The notes: generated by a model from the sequence alone, not told the origin. A DNA stretch of 64,000 nucleotides from Patescibacteria group bacterium (GCA_017992195.1 JAGOPC010000003.1:5127-69126); one strand, 5' to 3'; positions 1-10,569 are shown, numbered from the stretch's first letter. A program made the numbers and translations.

Positions 1-805
1 GATTAATTATATTCTCTTGGAAGTGCTTGCAATGAAGACAGAAGAGGTGAAAGCTCTCAAGCAGAAAAATAATATGCTGAATGAGAAGAATGCTGGGTTA
101 CAGCAGACACTTAATATTATAAGTCATGATCTAAAAACTCCATTTAACAATATCATCGCTACTCTGGGACTTATTAACTCTCCTAACTTTTCAGACACCG
201 ATCTGAAAGAATGTCTGGGGATGTTAAGTACTACTGCTGTGAACGCATCGGAGTTGTTGAAACATCTGGCAGAATGGGCTAACAGCAACAGTCAACTGAC
301 TCCTGCGCCAAAGAAATTTAATATGGCAGATCATGTAGATCAAGAGATTGGTTTATTGAATACTGGTGCTTTGGAGAAGCATATCAAACTGGAGAATGCT
401 ATAGAAAAAAATATAGAAATCACTGCTGACCCAAACATGGTGGACCTTATCGTGAGAAATCTTATCAACAACGCGATAAAATTTACCCCTAATGATGGTA
501 AAGAGAGCAAGAGAAAGATCATCGTATCTTCTCAGTATGCCGAAGGTGGTGAAAAAGACTTTCTTGAGATATCTGTTTCTGATAATGGCGTAGGAATGAG
601 TCCAGACGTTCAGCAAAAAATATTTGCCGGTACTCACTTCACCAGCAAAGGGACCAAAGGAGAAAAAGGGACAGGACTATGACTAGCTATGTGTAAGAAA
701 TTCGTAGAAAAACACGGATGAAAGATCTGGGTAGAAAGCGAGCCAGGAAAGTGAACTACGTTTACGTTTACACTGCCTTTGTCTTTGGCGGAGACTCACG
801 CATAA
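1..805 (+). CDS. Sensor histidine kinase, C-terminal part (5' end lies outside the window)
   Basis: H-box SHDLKTPF, N-box NLINNAIKF, G1 DNGVGM. ORF 17..682 continues in frame through TGA at 680, 719 and 752. These fall on conserved Gly (GTGL-G-LAM, KHG-G-KIWVES, PGK-G-TTFTF). The frame ends at TAA 803-805 and is open back to base 2. Confidence 0.85.
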
Positions 806-930
806 TGTTTATTATAAACAGGGGGCGCTTCAGAGAGTAGCAGAGCAGATTTTCAAATAATAATTTCTTTATGTTAATTTAACCCAAAATCGCTACACTG
901 GTGATAACTATTTTACCAGTTTTCTTTTGC

Positions 931-1503
931 ATGAAGAAATTAATTGTGACTGCTCATCCTAACTCGCATGGTTTCACCCACCAGATCGCACGCAGATTCA
1001 TCGAGGTTTCAGAAGAGAAAGGTCATGAGACCTTTCTGATGAATCTCTACGACCCTGAACGAAAGCAGGATTACTTAATGCTTGATGATCATGGCAAGCA
1101 AATGGGCGACGATAAGAGAGAGGCGATTCATGCAAAAATTACTCGAGCAGACGAACTCGTATTTGTCTTCCCGTTACGATGGTTCGATGCACCGGCAATC
1201 ATGAAAAATTGGTTTGACGTGAATGTTTCAACGGGCTTTGCATACCGTTTTAAAAAGGACTCCCTGCTTCCGCACAGATATCTGAAAGGAAAGAGTGCAA
1301 GAATTATTTTCACTGCATGATCACCGTGGTTTGTTATCCGGACGGCGGGCATCGGTATTTTGATTAATTGGGCTATTGCAAGATTGTATTACGTTGGCAT
1401 CATCTTAAAATCGTATACTGTTTTTGGCAAGGTGCCTCAAAAGAAAACACCGGAGGAGAGAGAAAAAATGCTTGCAAAAGTCGCAAATATAGCTAGAAGA
1501 TAG
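931..1503 (+). CDS. NAD(P)H-dependent oxidoreductase, flavodoxin-like fold (Flavodoxin_2 / KefF-YwrO-like)
   Basis: ATG at 931. MKKLIVTAHPNSHGFTH... is a typical N-terminus for this family. ORF 901..1320 reads through TGA 1318-1320 (IIFTA-G-SPW) to TAG 1501-1503. Confidence 0.6.
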
Positions 1504-1531
1504 GAGTTTTATCACTTATCTTTCTCTATCA

Positions 1532-1942
1532 ATGTTTAGATTTCATAAAGGGTGTTTCGGTACACTTATTTTACGTCTCGTTGTTGGCGCTATCTTCCTT
1601 CAGTGGGGGCTCGTCAAACTCATGATGAATGGCGACGCGATCAATGCGCTTATTAGCGGTACAGCGATCACACCTACATGGTTTTGGATCGCAGCAGTTG
1701 TTCAAACAGTAGGTGGAGTGCTTCTTATTCTCGGTCTCGCAACCCGCTTTGCGGCAGTTATCCTGGGGCTTCTTATGCTTATGATCCTCAACTCACAGGG
1801 GCGAACATTCGGACCAAGCCAGCTCGAATACCTTATGCTCGGTACTCTCGTTTCTCTCGTTTTCATGGGCGGCAAAAGATATAGCTTCGATCGTCTCATT
1901 TGCGGAAGTCGCTGTGAAACTGATCACAAACATACTCACTAA
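1532..1942 (+). CDS. DoxX-family membrane protein
   Basis: 136 aa with four hydrophobic helices and a DoxX-like pattern (RLVVGAIFLQWGLVKL ... GGVLLILGLATRFAA). Ends at TAA. Confidence 0.65.
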   Translation: MFRFHKGCFGTLILRLVVGAIFLQWGLVKLMMNGDAINALISGTAITPTWFWIAAVVQTVGGVLLILGLATRFAAVILGLLMLMILNSQGRTFGPSQLEYLMLGTLVSLVFMGGKRYSFDRLICGSRCETDHKHTH

Positions 1943-1971
1943 AAATTATTCATCCAATATTTTCATTCATT

Positions 1972-1998
1972 TCCCGTTCTCCCGAGCGGGATTTTTTT
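1972..1998 (+). terminator. Intrinsic terminator after the DoxX gene
   Basis: 8-bp stem TCCCGTTC/GAGCGGGA (one G.U), 4-nt loop, then T7. Confidence 0.7.
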
Positions 1999-2073
1999 CA
2001 TATGGACAAAGAGTCTGCTACGACTATATTATAAATACACAACAATGAATTTTATTACCCTTACAAGTAACTC

Positions 2074-2340
2074 ATGAAAAAGCTTCGATTTAAAAATAAA
2101 ACATATGGCTACGGTCGGATTCCTGCAACCTGGCAGGGCCGGGTGATTATAGCTGTGTATGTTATCGTCCTTGCTGCATTAGGATTGTCTCTGGATGAAA
2201 ACTCACCTATGCGCGAAGTAGCTTTCATGTTTATACTCCCATGCATCCTACTCACTATCGCGCTTCTTCGTATTGCCTACAAGACAGGAGAGAAACCGGA
2301 GCGGAGATGGGGAAAGAAAGATGTGAACAATAAGAATTAA
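2074..2340 (+). CDS. Hypothetical small membrane protein
   Basis: 88-aa ORF with two hydrophobic segments and a TAA stop. I recognise no family. Confidence 0.4.
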   Translation: MKKLRFKNKTYGYGRIPATWQGRVIIAVYVIVLAALGLSLDENSPMREVAFMFILPCILLTIALLRIAYKTGEKPERRWGKKDVNNKN

Positions 2341-2353
2341 CTATTTGGCATAT

Positions 2354-2380
2354 AAAAAAACCGGCAGTGTAATACTGCCG
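2354..2380 (-). terminator. Intrinsic terminator of the minus-strand gene 2409..2993
   Basis: Stem CGGCAGT/ACTGCCG with loop GTAAT. The A7 run on the plus strand gives a U-run on the minus transcript. Confidence 0.65.
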
Positions 2381-2408
2381 ATCAATTGTAGAAGATTGTT
2401 CTGTTATG

Positions 2409-2993
2409 CTATCTTTGTCACGCGGTAATCCGTGGACGATAGGTGCTGTTGGCCGCTATAGGCTGGCCATTGCTACTCCAGATAGAAGGTACTATAAGGT
2501 TCATCAGGCTAGGAGTCTTGACTTTCGAACTCTCTTCCTTTTTCTCATACAGCGCCAGGATGAAGGCACGTATGCTGTGACTATTGAGCTCTGTGCGGGG
2601 AATTTCTTCCCTCCACCTTTGCAGCTCATTGCCGCTTTCAGCAGTGATGAATATCAGACGCAGCGAGATAGTTTCTGCTGATTCATCATCTATGCTCACA
2701 ACGATATAGCAGTCGTTAGGCTGGCGCTTTGCTCTTATTATCTCTTTGCGGTTTGCTACCGCTAGCCCCATAAACAATTTGAGCTCATTTGAGAACGGTT
2801 GTTTGATAAGCTCCCTCTTCCCCCAGGAGATGCGTGTGAAGACACGGTGCTGGTGCGAAGCATATAAACCATAGTAGATATAGAGGTCGTCTCCTTCAAT
2901 ATCTACATTGTTCTCATAAGCCTCCTTGAAGTTGAGGCTGGTGAACAAGAGAGCCAATAGCCCTCCTGCGGCACTAATGTGTTTTGTGTACAT
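2409..2993 (-). CDS. Hypothetical protein
   Basis: ORF 2418..2993 ends at TGA 2418-2420. Under TGA=Gly it gains three residues (G-Q-R) and stops at TAG 2409-2411. No family recognised. Confidence 0.5.
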
Positions 2994-3160
2994 AATCGTT
3001 AATGTTAGTTTTAGTGTTTATGATGTTTTTAACCTCTTTATTTTAGAGAATAGCTGAAATAAGTCAACACCTACGCTGACAAGATGTTCAAGCCAATTAA
3101 GGATTGTAAAAGAGATAAGAATCGTTTAAATGAAGCCATTATTTCTTGATATTATATGCT

Positions 3161-3496
3161 ATGGAGCAGATTCAATATGCTGATTTTGAAAAAGTGGAGC
3201 TGAGAGTTGGAACTATTCTTGAGGCTTATGAATTTCCGGAGGCGAGAAAGCCCGCGTACAAGCTCGTGATTGACTTTGGGCCGGAGATTGGTATAAAAAA
3301 ATCGTCGGCACAGATTACGTATTATTACAAGCCGGCAGATTTGGTTGGTAAGCAGGTCGTGGGTGTGGTGAATTTTCCGCCGAAGCAGATCGGACCGTGG
3401 ATCTCGGAGTGTTTAGTAACGGGGTTTCCGGAAGATGGACAGGTGGTGTTGATTAGTCTCGATAGACCAGTACAAAATGGAGTGAAATTATTTTAA
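3161..3496 (+). CDS. csaA: tRNA-binding OB-fold protein (CsaA/Trbp111-type)
   Basis: [22 protein letters not shown]...[11 protein letters not shown]...KKSSAQIT...[18 protein letters not shown] matches the CsaA/EMAP-type tRNA-binding domain. It lies directly upstream of proS. Confidence 0.75.
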   Translation: MEQIQYADFEKVELRVGTILEAYEFPEARKPAYKLVIDFGPEIGIKKSSAQITYYYKPADLVGKQVVGVVNFPPKQIGPWISECLVTGFPEDGQVVLISLDRPVQNGVKLF

Positions 3497-3505
3497 ATGA
3501 TATAG

Positions 3506-5020
3506 ATGAAAATGGTGTTAACGAAGAGAGAGGAAGATTTTTCAGCGTGGTATAATGAGCTCGTAGAGCAGGCGCAGCTTGCGCAAGGTTCTGCCGTGCG
3601 TGGATGTATGGTGATCAGGCCGTATGGGTACGCGATTCGGGAGAACATGCAACAGACATTGGATAAGATGTTTAAGAAGACCGGCCATGTGAATGCGTAC
3701 TTTCCGTTGTTTATTCCGAAGTCGTTTTTCGCGAAAGAGGCGAAGCATGTCGATGGATTTGCGAAGGAGGCTGCGGTTGTGACTCATTACCGTTTGCGTA
3801 ATGACGGCAAAGGTGGGATCGAAGTTGATCCAGAAGCAAAGTTGGAAGAGGAGCTGATCATTCGCCCGACCTCAGAGACGATCATATGGAATACCTATAA
3901 GGATCGGATTCAGTCGTATCGCGATCTGCCATTGCTGATAAATCAGCGGGCAAATGTGGTCAGATGGGAGATGAGAACTCGTTTGTTTTTACGTACTGCA
4001 GAGTTTTTGTGGCAGGAAGGACATACGGCGCATGCGAGTGCTGAGGAGGCTATCGTTGAAGCGAAGAAGATGCGAAATGTCTATAAGGATTTCTTTGAAA
4101 ATTTCTTAGCACTCTCAGGAGTGCCTGGTGAAAAATCGGAAAATGAACGCTTTGCCGGAGCTGAAGTTACTTATACGATCGAGTGTTTTATGCAGGATGG
4201 AAAAGCGTTGCAGAATTGTACGTCGCACTATTTAGGACAGAATTTTGCTAAGGCGTTCGATGTTACATTTATGAATAAAGAAAATCAGTCGGAGTATGTC
4301 TATGCAACTTCGCGAGGAGTAAGTACACGTATGATGGGAGGTTTGATCATGTCACACTCAGACGATAAAGGATTGGTGTTGCCTCCTGCGATAGCTCCGA
4401 TCCATGTCGTTATCGTTCCTATCCGGAAGACAGAGGATGAGAAAGCGAGCGTACAGACATTTATTGACAAGAAAATTATGCCCCAGATACAGGCGGCGCA
4501 GTTCGTTGTGCATTCTGAATACCTTGGGGATGTGCAGATACCATTGAATGTGAAAATAGATCGGGACGATCAGAAAAGTCCAGGCTGGAAGTATAATCAG
4601 TATGAACTTCAGGGTGTACCGTTGCGCATCGCCGTCGGTCCAAGAGACGTTGCAAATGGCAGTGTCGAACTCGTTCGCAGAGATACCGGCGTGAAACATA
4701 GCATGACTATTATCGAGCTGCAGAAACATATCGACATCATGCTGCCGTCTATCCAGCAGGCGCTTCTCGAAAAAAACAAAGCGCTCAGAGAGCAAAATAC
4801 AGTCGTGCTCGACACGTATGATGAGTTTAAAAAAGCGCTTGATGAGGGCAAATTCGTTATGGCTCACCGAGATGGAACCGTCGCGACGGAGGAGCTTATC
4901 AAAGAGGAGACGAAAGGAACAATAAGATGTATACCAGTTGATGGCAAAGAGGAGAAAGGCGTTTGTATTCGTACAGGCGCACCGAGTAAGATGAGAGTGC
5001 TGTTTGCGAGAGCGTATTAA
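3506..5020 (+). CDS. proS: Prolyl-tRNA synthetase (archaeal/eukaryote-like class IIa type)
   Basis: 504-aa uninterrupted ORF with class II motifs, the block ...[27 protein letters not shown], and the C-terminal ...RCIP zinc-domain region. Five CGG/CGA codons fall on family-invariant Trp (see findings). Confidence 0.93.
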   Translation: MKMVLTKREEDFSAWYNELVEQAQLAQGSAVRGCMVIRPYGYAIRENMQQTLDKMFKKTGHVNAYFPLFIPKSFFAKEAKHVDGFAKEAAVVTHYRLRNDGKGGIEVDPEAKLEEELIIRPTSETIIWNTYKDRIQSYRDLPLLINQRANVVRWEMRTRLFLRTAEFLWQEGHTAHASAEEAIVEAKKMRNVYKDFFENFLALSGVPGEKSENERFAGAEVTYTIECFMQDGKALQNCTSHYLGQNFAKAFDVTFMNKENQSEYVYATSRGVSTRMMGGLIMSHSDDKGLVLPPAIAPIHVVIVPIRKTEDEKASVQTFIDKKIMPQIQAAQFVVHSEYLGDVQIPLNVKIDRDDQKSPGWKYNQYELQGVPLRIAVGPRDVANGSVELVRRDTGVKHSMTIIELQKHIDIMLPSIQQALLEKNKALREQNTVVLDTYDEFKKALDEGKFVMAHRDGTVATEELIKEETKGTIRCIPVDGKEEKGVCIRTGAPSKMRVLFARAY

Positions 5021-5060
5021 TGAACTTACAGAACTTATAAAATAGTTTACATAGAAGAAG

Positions 5061-5085
5061 CCCGCGCCGTGTGCCGGGTTTTTCT
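5061..5085 (+). terminator. Intrinsic terminator after proS
   Basis: GC-rich stem CCCG(C)GC/GCCGGG followed by TTTTTC. Confidence 0.6.
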
Positions 5086-5207
5086 TTATGTAAAACTTTT
5101 GAATATTGGAATATTCTCCTAAGATGAGATTATATGGACGTTTTTAAAATTATGATTGAAAGATTTGGAGAAGGAGGTATATAGTGAAAATTCGCCCTTC
5201 TAAAAAG

Positions 5208-5277
5208 GTATTACTATTCTCGAAAAAGTATTACCATTTGGTGTTTAAGAGTATTACTTATTGGTCTATGGTATTAC
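5208..5277 (+). repeat. Four direct repeats GTATTAC(T/C) with 20-23 bp periodicity (iteron/operator-like)
   Basis: Copies at 5208-5214, 5228-5234, 5251-5257 and 5271-5277. The array ends about 30 nt upstream of the RHH gene start. Confidence 0.6.
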
Positions 5278-5307
5278 CTTTTTTATCCCCCTTTTCCCTG
5301 GACATAT

Positions 5308-5652
5308 ATGACTCCCAAGCCTCACGCAAAAAAAACATGTGTTTCCATCAAATCATGCTATCGAGAAAGAATGCAAAACCTTGAACTCAAAAGTAAGTCT
5401 GCACTCATAAATCAAGCACTTAAACTCTATTTCGAAAGACTTGATTATATAGAGATGGCAGAAGAAAATCGGGTTGTTGAGCAACTTGCTGAGCTGCGTA
5501 AAAAAGAGTCGAAAAAAGAACCTGCGGAAATAGCAAAAGAAATTAAAGAAATTACTGAGAATTCGCCATCTAAAAACGTAGAACTGCCTACCGAAGATTA
5601 TTCTGAATACTTCCAGGATGACTGGCTTGAAAAACACCTATCTAGCCTTTAA
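5308..5652 (+). CDS. Ribbon-helix-helix (CopG/Arc-like) DNA-binding protein with an acidic C-terminal tail
   Basis: KKTCVSIKSCYRERMQNLELKSKSALINQALKLYFERL fits a beta-strand/helix/helix RHH pattern. Alternative starts exist at 5338 and 5371. Confidence 0.45.
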   Translation: MTPKPHAKKTCVSIKSCYRERMQNLELKSKSALINQALKLYFERLDYIEMAEENRVVEQLAELRKKESKKEPAEIAKEIKEITENSPSKNVELPTEDYSEYFQDDWLEKHLSSL

Positions 5653-5671
5653 AAAATTCATCTAACCTCTT

Positions 5672-7294
5672 TTACTCGCCTTCGGCTATTATATAATTTT
5701 CTCCGCTCGCCTGATCAACGACACCATCATGCGTGATTCCTCTCATCACCTTTTTCAAAGGTTTATAACTAACCAATAATATCAAACCATTCATCACAAC
5801 TAACCAGATCGCTAACCATAGATAGTCGTTATAGGCAAATGGTCTTACATAATTTGTATACCACCATGCAGTTCCGGCAATTACGATCACCGATCCGATA
5901 AGGAGAGTGAAATACTTCCGTGAAAAAACGAGTGAAACGCGCTTCCACTTGGCAACAATTATTCAGCCAAGGAGATAGAGGAGCTCCATGAGCATCTGGG
6001 TCGCGATACCTCCGACGATGCCATATGTGGGGATCATGTAGATACCGACCGCCATGCCTATGATGACACCGATGGCGTTTACTTTGAGTAGGTGATTATT
6101 GAGACCAGTCGAGACGAACATGAAATTGTAGACCTGTTTGGCGAAGCTGAGGAGCATCGTTACGGCGAGCCGGGGCAGAATGAAATCCGAGCCAAACCCT
6201 CACGCGACAAACTGCGATAGGAACTCTTTTCAACTGACGAGATAGATGATGTTGCTATCGAATACCCGGAAGTTCGCTACAAAAACCATTCCTATTCGCA
6301 GGACAAAGAGTAGAAGACTTCCGTAGCTCTTACGTTTCAAGAGGTCTGAATATGCAGTCACCTTGTGGACGATACTGTTTCCTAGTGATGACGGAACTAT
6401 CAGTAATATCTCCATCAGTGCTGAGGCGACAGCCCGCATACCAACGTAGGCGAAGCCCGTGGCAGTGGGAAAGAAGATACCGAGCAGGATCATCACACCT
6501 AGTGTGTGCAAACTACTCAGACAATACGCCAGTCCATACTGCCGGTTATCTTTGATGATCTGCCAGGTAAATCACCAGTCGGGCTTCAAGCGCAGCTTAA
6601 TATATTTGTTACTTACTCTTCGGACATACCATCATTGCACGGCGGCGCTGGCCAATACAGAGCCAATCATTAGGAGAAACGCTCAAATAGAGTGGTTCGA
6701 TGCGACGCTGAAATCAGGATTCTTATAGAGCCAGACGATTCCGACTAATACAATAATTTGCATAATTCTTGCGAGCGACAAGCCGATGCTCACATGTTTC
6801 ATTCCCCGGAAAAGTTGAAGAGGAAGTTGTAGTATACCCGCGGCCATGAAGCTTGCCGAGAAGAGCATACCGAGCGGGAGTCCCCGGATAAGATATGGAT
6901 TGTTTGTATATGCAGGTATTAAGTACGCGATGATCAATGCTACGGCGTATACAATGGTGATAGTGACATACCTCGACATGACGAACTTGCCGTAGTAGCT
7001 TTCCATCTCGGTTTTGGCCGGTCCTTCAGGTGGCATCTCATGTTTATCGAGATTGAGTTTCATCTTATCCTTGAGGCTACCGAGTTTTTTGAGCGCGATC
7101 ACGTACAATCCGAAGTCCGCAAATGCAGACCGGATCGCAAAGTATTTCAAAATCGTCGAATAATCTCCGAATCTGAGAGGTCACAGGTATGGCGTCATTA
7201 ATTTAACAACGAGAAAACCTCCGATGGCGGAGATGATTCTTCCCAGGATCTGCCGAAAGGCGTCTTTGACTACGAGTTTATATGAGGATGTCAT
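5672..7294 (-). CDS. MOP-superfamily flippase (MurJ/Wzx-like polysaccharide/lipid II flippase)
   Basis: ORF pieces 6683..7150, 6230..6511, 5963..6157 and 5672..5890 are all in one frame and joined by TGA codons. ATG at 7294, TAA at 5672. About 540 aa, polytopic, with an N-terminus MTSSYKLVVKDAFRQILGRIISAIGGFLVVKLMT typical of this family. Confidence 0.6.
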
Positions 7295-7860
7295 AATCTT
7301 TTTTTACGGGTATAGTAGAGAATGCCTGCGAACGAGAGCGATGCCGCGACTATCATCATATAGATTAGTACGTGAAATCATAGATAGATAACTGCTAATC
7401 CTCCGATGATCGCTGCGAGTCCATTGACGATATCCTGGCTTCATTCATAAAGACCCCGCTTAAATACTTCGCTTTCTTTTGCGGTGTTCTCTTCAAGTTC
7501 TTCGTCAAATACAGGGTTTGCCATAGCATTACCTAGGCCAATAACGATCTGCGTGATTAAGAGCATTCCTACCGATGCTACGGCTAGATACATGGCAATA
7601 CCTATGAGCCGAATGAGCCGGCCACCGATCAGCAAGGCTTTCTTATGTTTCGCTGATCGCTGCATGCGGTGAATCAAGATCGTCGCCAGCCCACAGGTTA
7701 TCAGGAATATTCCCATCGCTCCTGAAGCATCAAGGATGTCGCCACCGATATTCTGTACGAAGATCGCATAGATGGGAAGTAGAATTCCTTCCGCAAAACA
7801 TGAGCAGCTATACGCATAGATCAGCAGCTTATACATTCTCATGGGACGACGTGTTTTCAT
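7270..7860 (-). CDS. Hypothetical polytopic membrane protein (MFS-half-like)
   Basis: ORF 7441..7884 reads through TGA 7441-7443, a second TGA in the SQDIV...IYL-G-FHV tail (7378-7380) and a third at 7288-7290 (RL-G-HP), ending at TAG 7270-7272. ATG at 7860 (alternative GTG at 7884). Its 3' end overlaps the flippase start by 25 nt. Confidence 0.45.
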
Positions 7861-7908
7861 GGAGATCAAATCGGAAATAAACACTAACTCAGAATAGAGA
7901 AATGCGAA

Positions 7909-7940
7909 TAAAAAAAAAGAGCTTTACGCAGCTCTTTTTT
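7909..7940. terminator. Bidirectional hairpin terminator
   Basis: A-run, stem AAGAGC/GCTCTT, then T-run. The TAA stop (7924-7926) of the upstream minus-strand gene sits in the loop. Confidence 0.55.
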
Positions 7941-9135
7941 CAGACAGTTCCTCTTCTGTGGATAAGAGTGGCCCCCCTCCATATCATTTTACTTTTTTCT
8001 TTTTTCAGGCAAGCGTTTCATAGGTCTCAGGAGGTGTGATTTCCTTGATAAGATCATTATATTCATGAGGGAAAAGAATTGTTTTGTTCAGTGAGCTTGC
8101 TTCGATTCTCTTAACTAGTTGTCTTATAGGATGATTATCGGAGGTTGCAATTCGTGATCTCTCATCCGGTGTCATAAGACTATACAGATAGACTCATAAC
8201 TCTCTCATTTCTTTCTTCCTCGATCTCTCTTTTATAAGTCTATCTTCGCCATAGAATCTTTCGCCATACTGCCAACAAATACGGTCGAATAATCCACGCT
8301 TATCCTGAAAACGACGCAGTGCTTTTTTCTTTTCTACGAGGGGAGTTTTCTCGCTCAGTATACGACGAGCTACGATGTTCTCGGTGAAAATAGTCTCAGG
8401 ATCTCTTGGGTCGATCTCATCGTGGACGTGATCTAACTTCCCAAGCATTTGTCCTACGTCTTTCATCATCCATTCCAGGATGTTATCTTTTGATTCTCAG
8501 TTTTCATAACTTTTTATCCTATTGCCGACGCTGTCATGGCCATTCTTGCGATACTTTAACTTGGTATTAAGTTTCTGCATTTGAAGCTCCGCTTTTAGTT
8601 TTGCATCTTCCGCCTGATACAATGCAGACCAATTTGCATCCTGCTTCATCTTCTCATAGACAGGATACAACAGCTCATAAAGCTCCTTCTTGCTTTCGTC
8701 TCCTGCAAGATTATCAAATGCACCCGCCAATATCCAGGTAGCCACTGTCTTTGCCTTCTTCCGCGTTGCAAAAATAGTTTTTCCTGCCTGATCGTTTCCA
8801 TATTTCGCTTCCAGTTCCTCAAGCGCTTTTCTAATCGTTCCATTGGCTGCTGTTATTTTCTCTTTTTCGGCACTTATTTGTTGTTCCAGTTTTCTCTTTT
8901 CCTCGTAAAGTTTCACAAGCTCTGCTTTGATATATGAGTCCAGATCAGCGTGCTTATAACGGTCTTGTGTAACCTTAGAAAGACACTCTGCGATGAATTG
9001 CTTAAAAGCGGAGTTGATTTTTCCTGCCTGTGAAAAATTGCCCTCCAGAAACTCATTCATTGGTAGATGAGTATTCTGAAAATTGCTTATAGCATTATAC
9101 TCATGATATCTGAGCTGAACATATTCGTCGAACAT
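7924..9135 (-). CDS. Hypothetical coiled-coil protein (about 403 aa)
   Basis: ORFs 8497..9135 and 8194..8469 plus a tail are one frame joined by TGA at 8497, 8194, 8005 and 7984. Ends at TAA 7924-7926. No family recognised. Confidence 0.55.
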
Positions 9136-9206
9136 GATTTTCTCATGAAAAAGTAAGTGTCAGTGATTATATATAGATAGGGAGAGATAGCAATAGTTGG
9201 TTGTGG

Positions 9207-9683
9207 TTACTTAATAAGCTCATGACTCTTGATTTTACCCTCTTCTGAGAAGTGAAAGATGTATTCAAAGTACTCGCCAGCAAGCATCCTCGGCATCCGG
9301 TAGATGTCGTCATCCCGCATGTTTTCGTAGGGGATGTCTTTGATGTCGAACCACTTTAGGATCAATTCATCACTATCTTGAGGATCTCACACGAAATCCT
9401 TCGTTACAAAAACGTGAGCTTCCTGATCTCGATCAGGCTTATTTTCGTAATATAATTTATTGATCCCTAAGTGCGTGAAAGCTTCTTCAGGCAGTTTAAT
9501 GCCTGTCTCTTCTTCAAGCTCTCTTACAACACTTTGTAGAAGTGTTTCACCCTCATTAATCTTTCCTCCAGCTCCGTTTCGTTTGCCAATCGCTGCAGTA
9601 AATTGTCGATTCGTTTTCTTTTTTGCGCCGAGGAGGACCTGTCCTTGCGGATTGAAAAGATAGATGAGTGAGGTTGTCTTCAT
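9207..9683 (-). CDS. Nudix hydrolase, MutT/MTH1-like
   Basis: Perfect Nudix box GGKINEGETLLQSVVRELEEETGI. ORF 9387..9683 reads through TGA 9387-9389 to TAA 9207-9209. Confidence 0.8.
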
Positions 9684-9698
9684 GTTAGATGGATATTT

Positions 9699-10280
9699 TT
9701 AATGTTTGTTAAAGTATTCGTGATCTACTTCATCGAAGCTTTGTACCGGTATATATTCAATAAGCTTGCCATCATCTTCATGGTAAACTACTGCAAGAAT
9801 ATTGCCGCCTTCAATAATTTTAGGAACTCGGATTTTATCGCTCGGTCGCATCTCGTCTTCTGGTAACTTGTCACTATCGTACCACTTTGGATCTCTCATC
9901 TCGTCGCTTTCGCCATATGGCCTTGTATAATTTGTAACGAAATAGATATCGCATTCTTGGTTGTGTTTTGTCTTAGTTCTGAAGTAGAAGCGAATAGTTC
10001 ATACCTTTTGCAGATCATCTGTTGTTATGTCGACTTTTCATTCATCTTGGGATTCTCTTACTGCCGATTCTTCATTCGTTCTATCTTTTGCCGGATCTAA
10101 CTTGCCACCGAGGCCATTACGCCTTTGGAGTGAAGCATCAAATTGGTTCTGAGTAGTGACTTTCTTGTAGAGCAGTACCTGTCACTGTGGATTGAAAATA
10201 AAGACAAGATTGCTTTTCCTGAACGGGAGTTCCTCTACGCGTTTTTCCAATGATGAATAGTCGCTGCCGGGTGTGTTCAT
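9699..10280 (-). CDS. Nudix-fold paralogue with a degenerate Nudix box
   Basis: ATG at 10280. Three in-frame TGA. It shares IFNPQGQVLL and RRNGLGGK with the neighbouring Nudix gene, but the box reads GGKLDPAKDRTNEESAVRESQDEG. TAA at 9699. Confidence 0.6.
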
Positions 10281-10302
10281 AAGCGTCACGTTACTAGATA
10301 AA

Positions 10303-10569
10303 CTACTTATGACTCTTTATCCATATATTTTTTATTCGTCTGAGTCACATTGATCCTATGACAAAGCCGACCGTAGGAACGATTGCATTAAGATATCGTC
10401 TCTGGTCTCCGATGGCATACATATAGAGCCCGAGAAGTATATAGGTAATAACAGCTATTCGAAGTTTTCTTGCCAGACTAATCTCCCGAGTTTTCTCAAG
10501 TTCAACGCGGTGATTTCTGGCTTTGATAGCTTCTACATCTTTGATGAGAGAGTCGAGGTCATGGGTCAT
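10303..10569 (-). CDS. Hypothetical small membrane protein
   Basis: ORF 10345..10569 reads through TGA 10345-10347 to TAG 10303-10305. It has an N-terminal amphipathic region followed by two TM segments. Confidence 0.4.

Noticed and set aside
5184-5384. 66-aa plus-strand ORF with an upstream AGGAGG.
   Set aside because: Its sequence is generated by the GTATTAC repeat array (the periodic VLL/YYH/ITY/VLP pattern), and it overlaps the RHH gene start. It is more likely a regulatory repeat than a coding sequence.
7957-7965. A perfect DnaA box (TGTGGATAA), plus near-matches at 10316, 25343, 52896 and 58484. Combined with the replication genes gyrA, gyrB, dnaB, dnaE, holB and rnpA, this might indicate oriC.
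   Set aside because: The boxes are isolated and mostly inside coding sequence. There is no cluster, no adjacent AT-rich unwinding element, and no dnaA or dnaN in the window.
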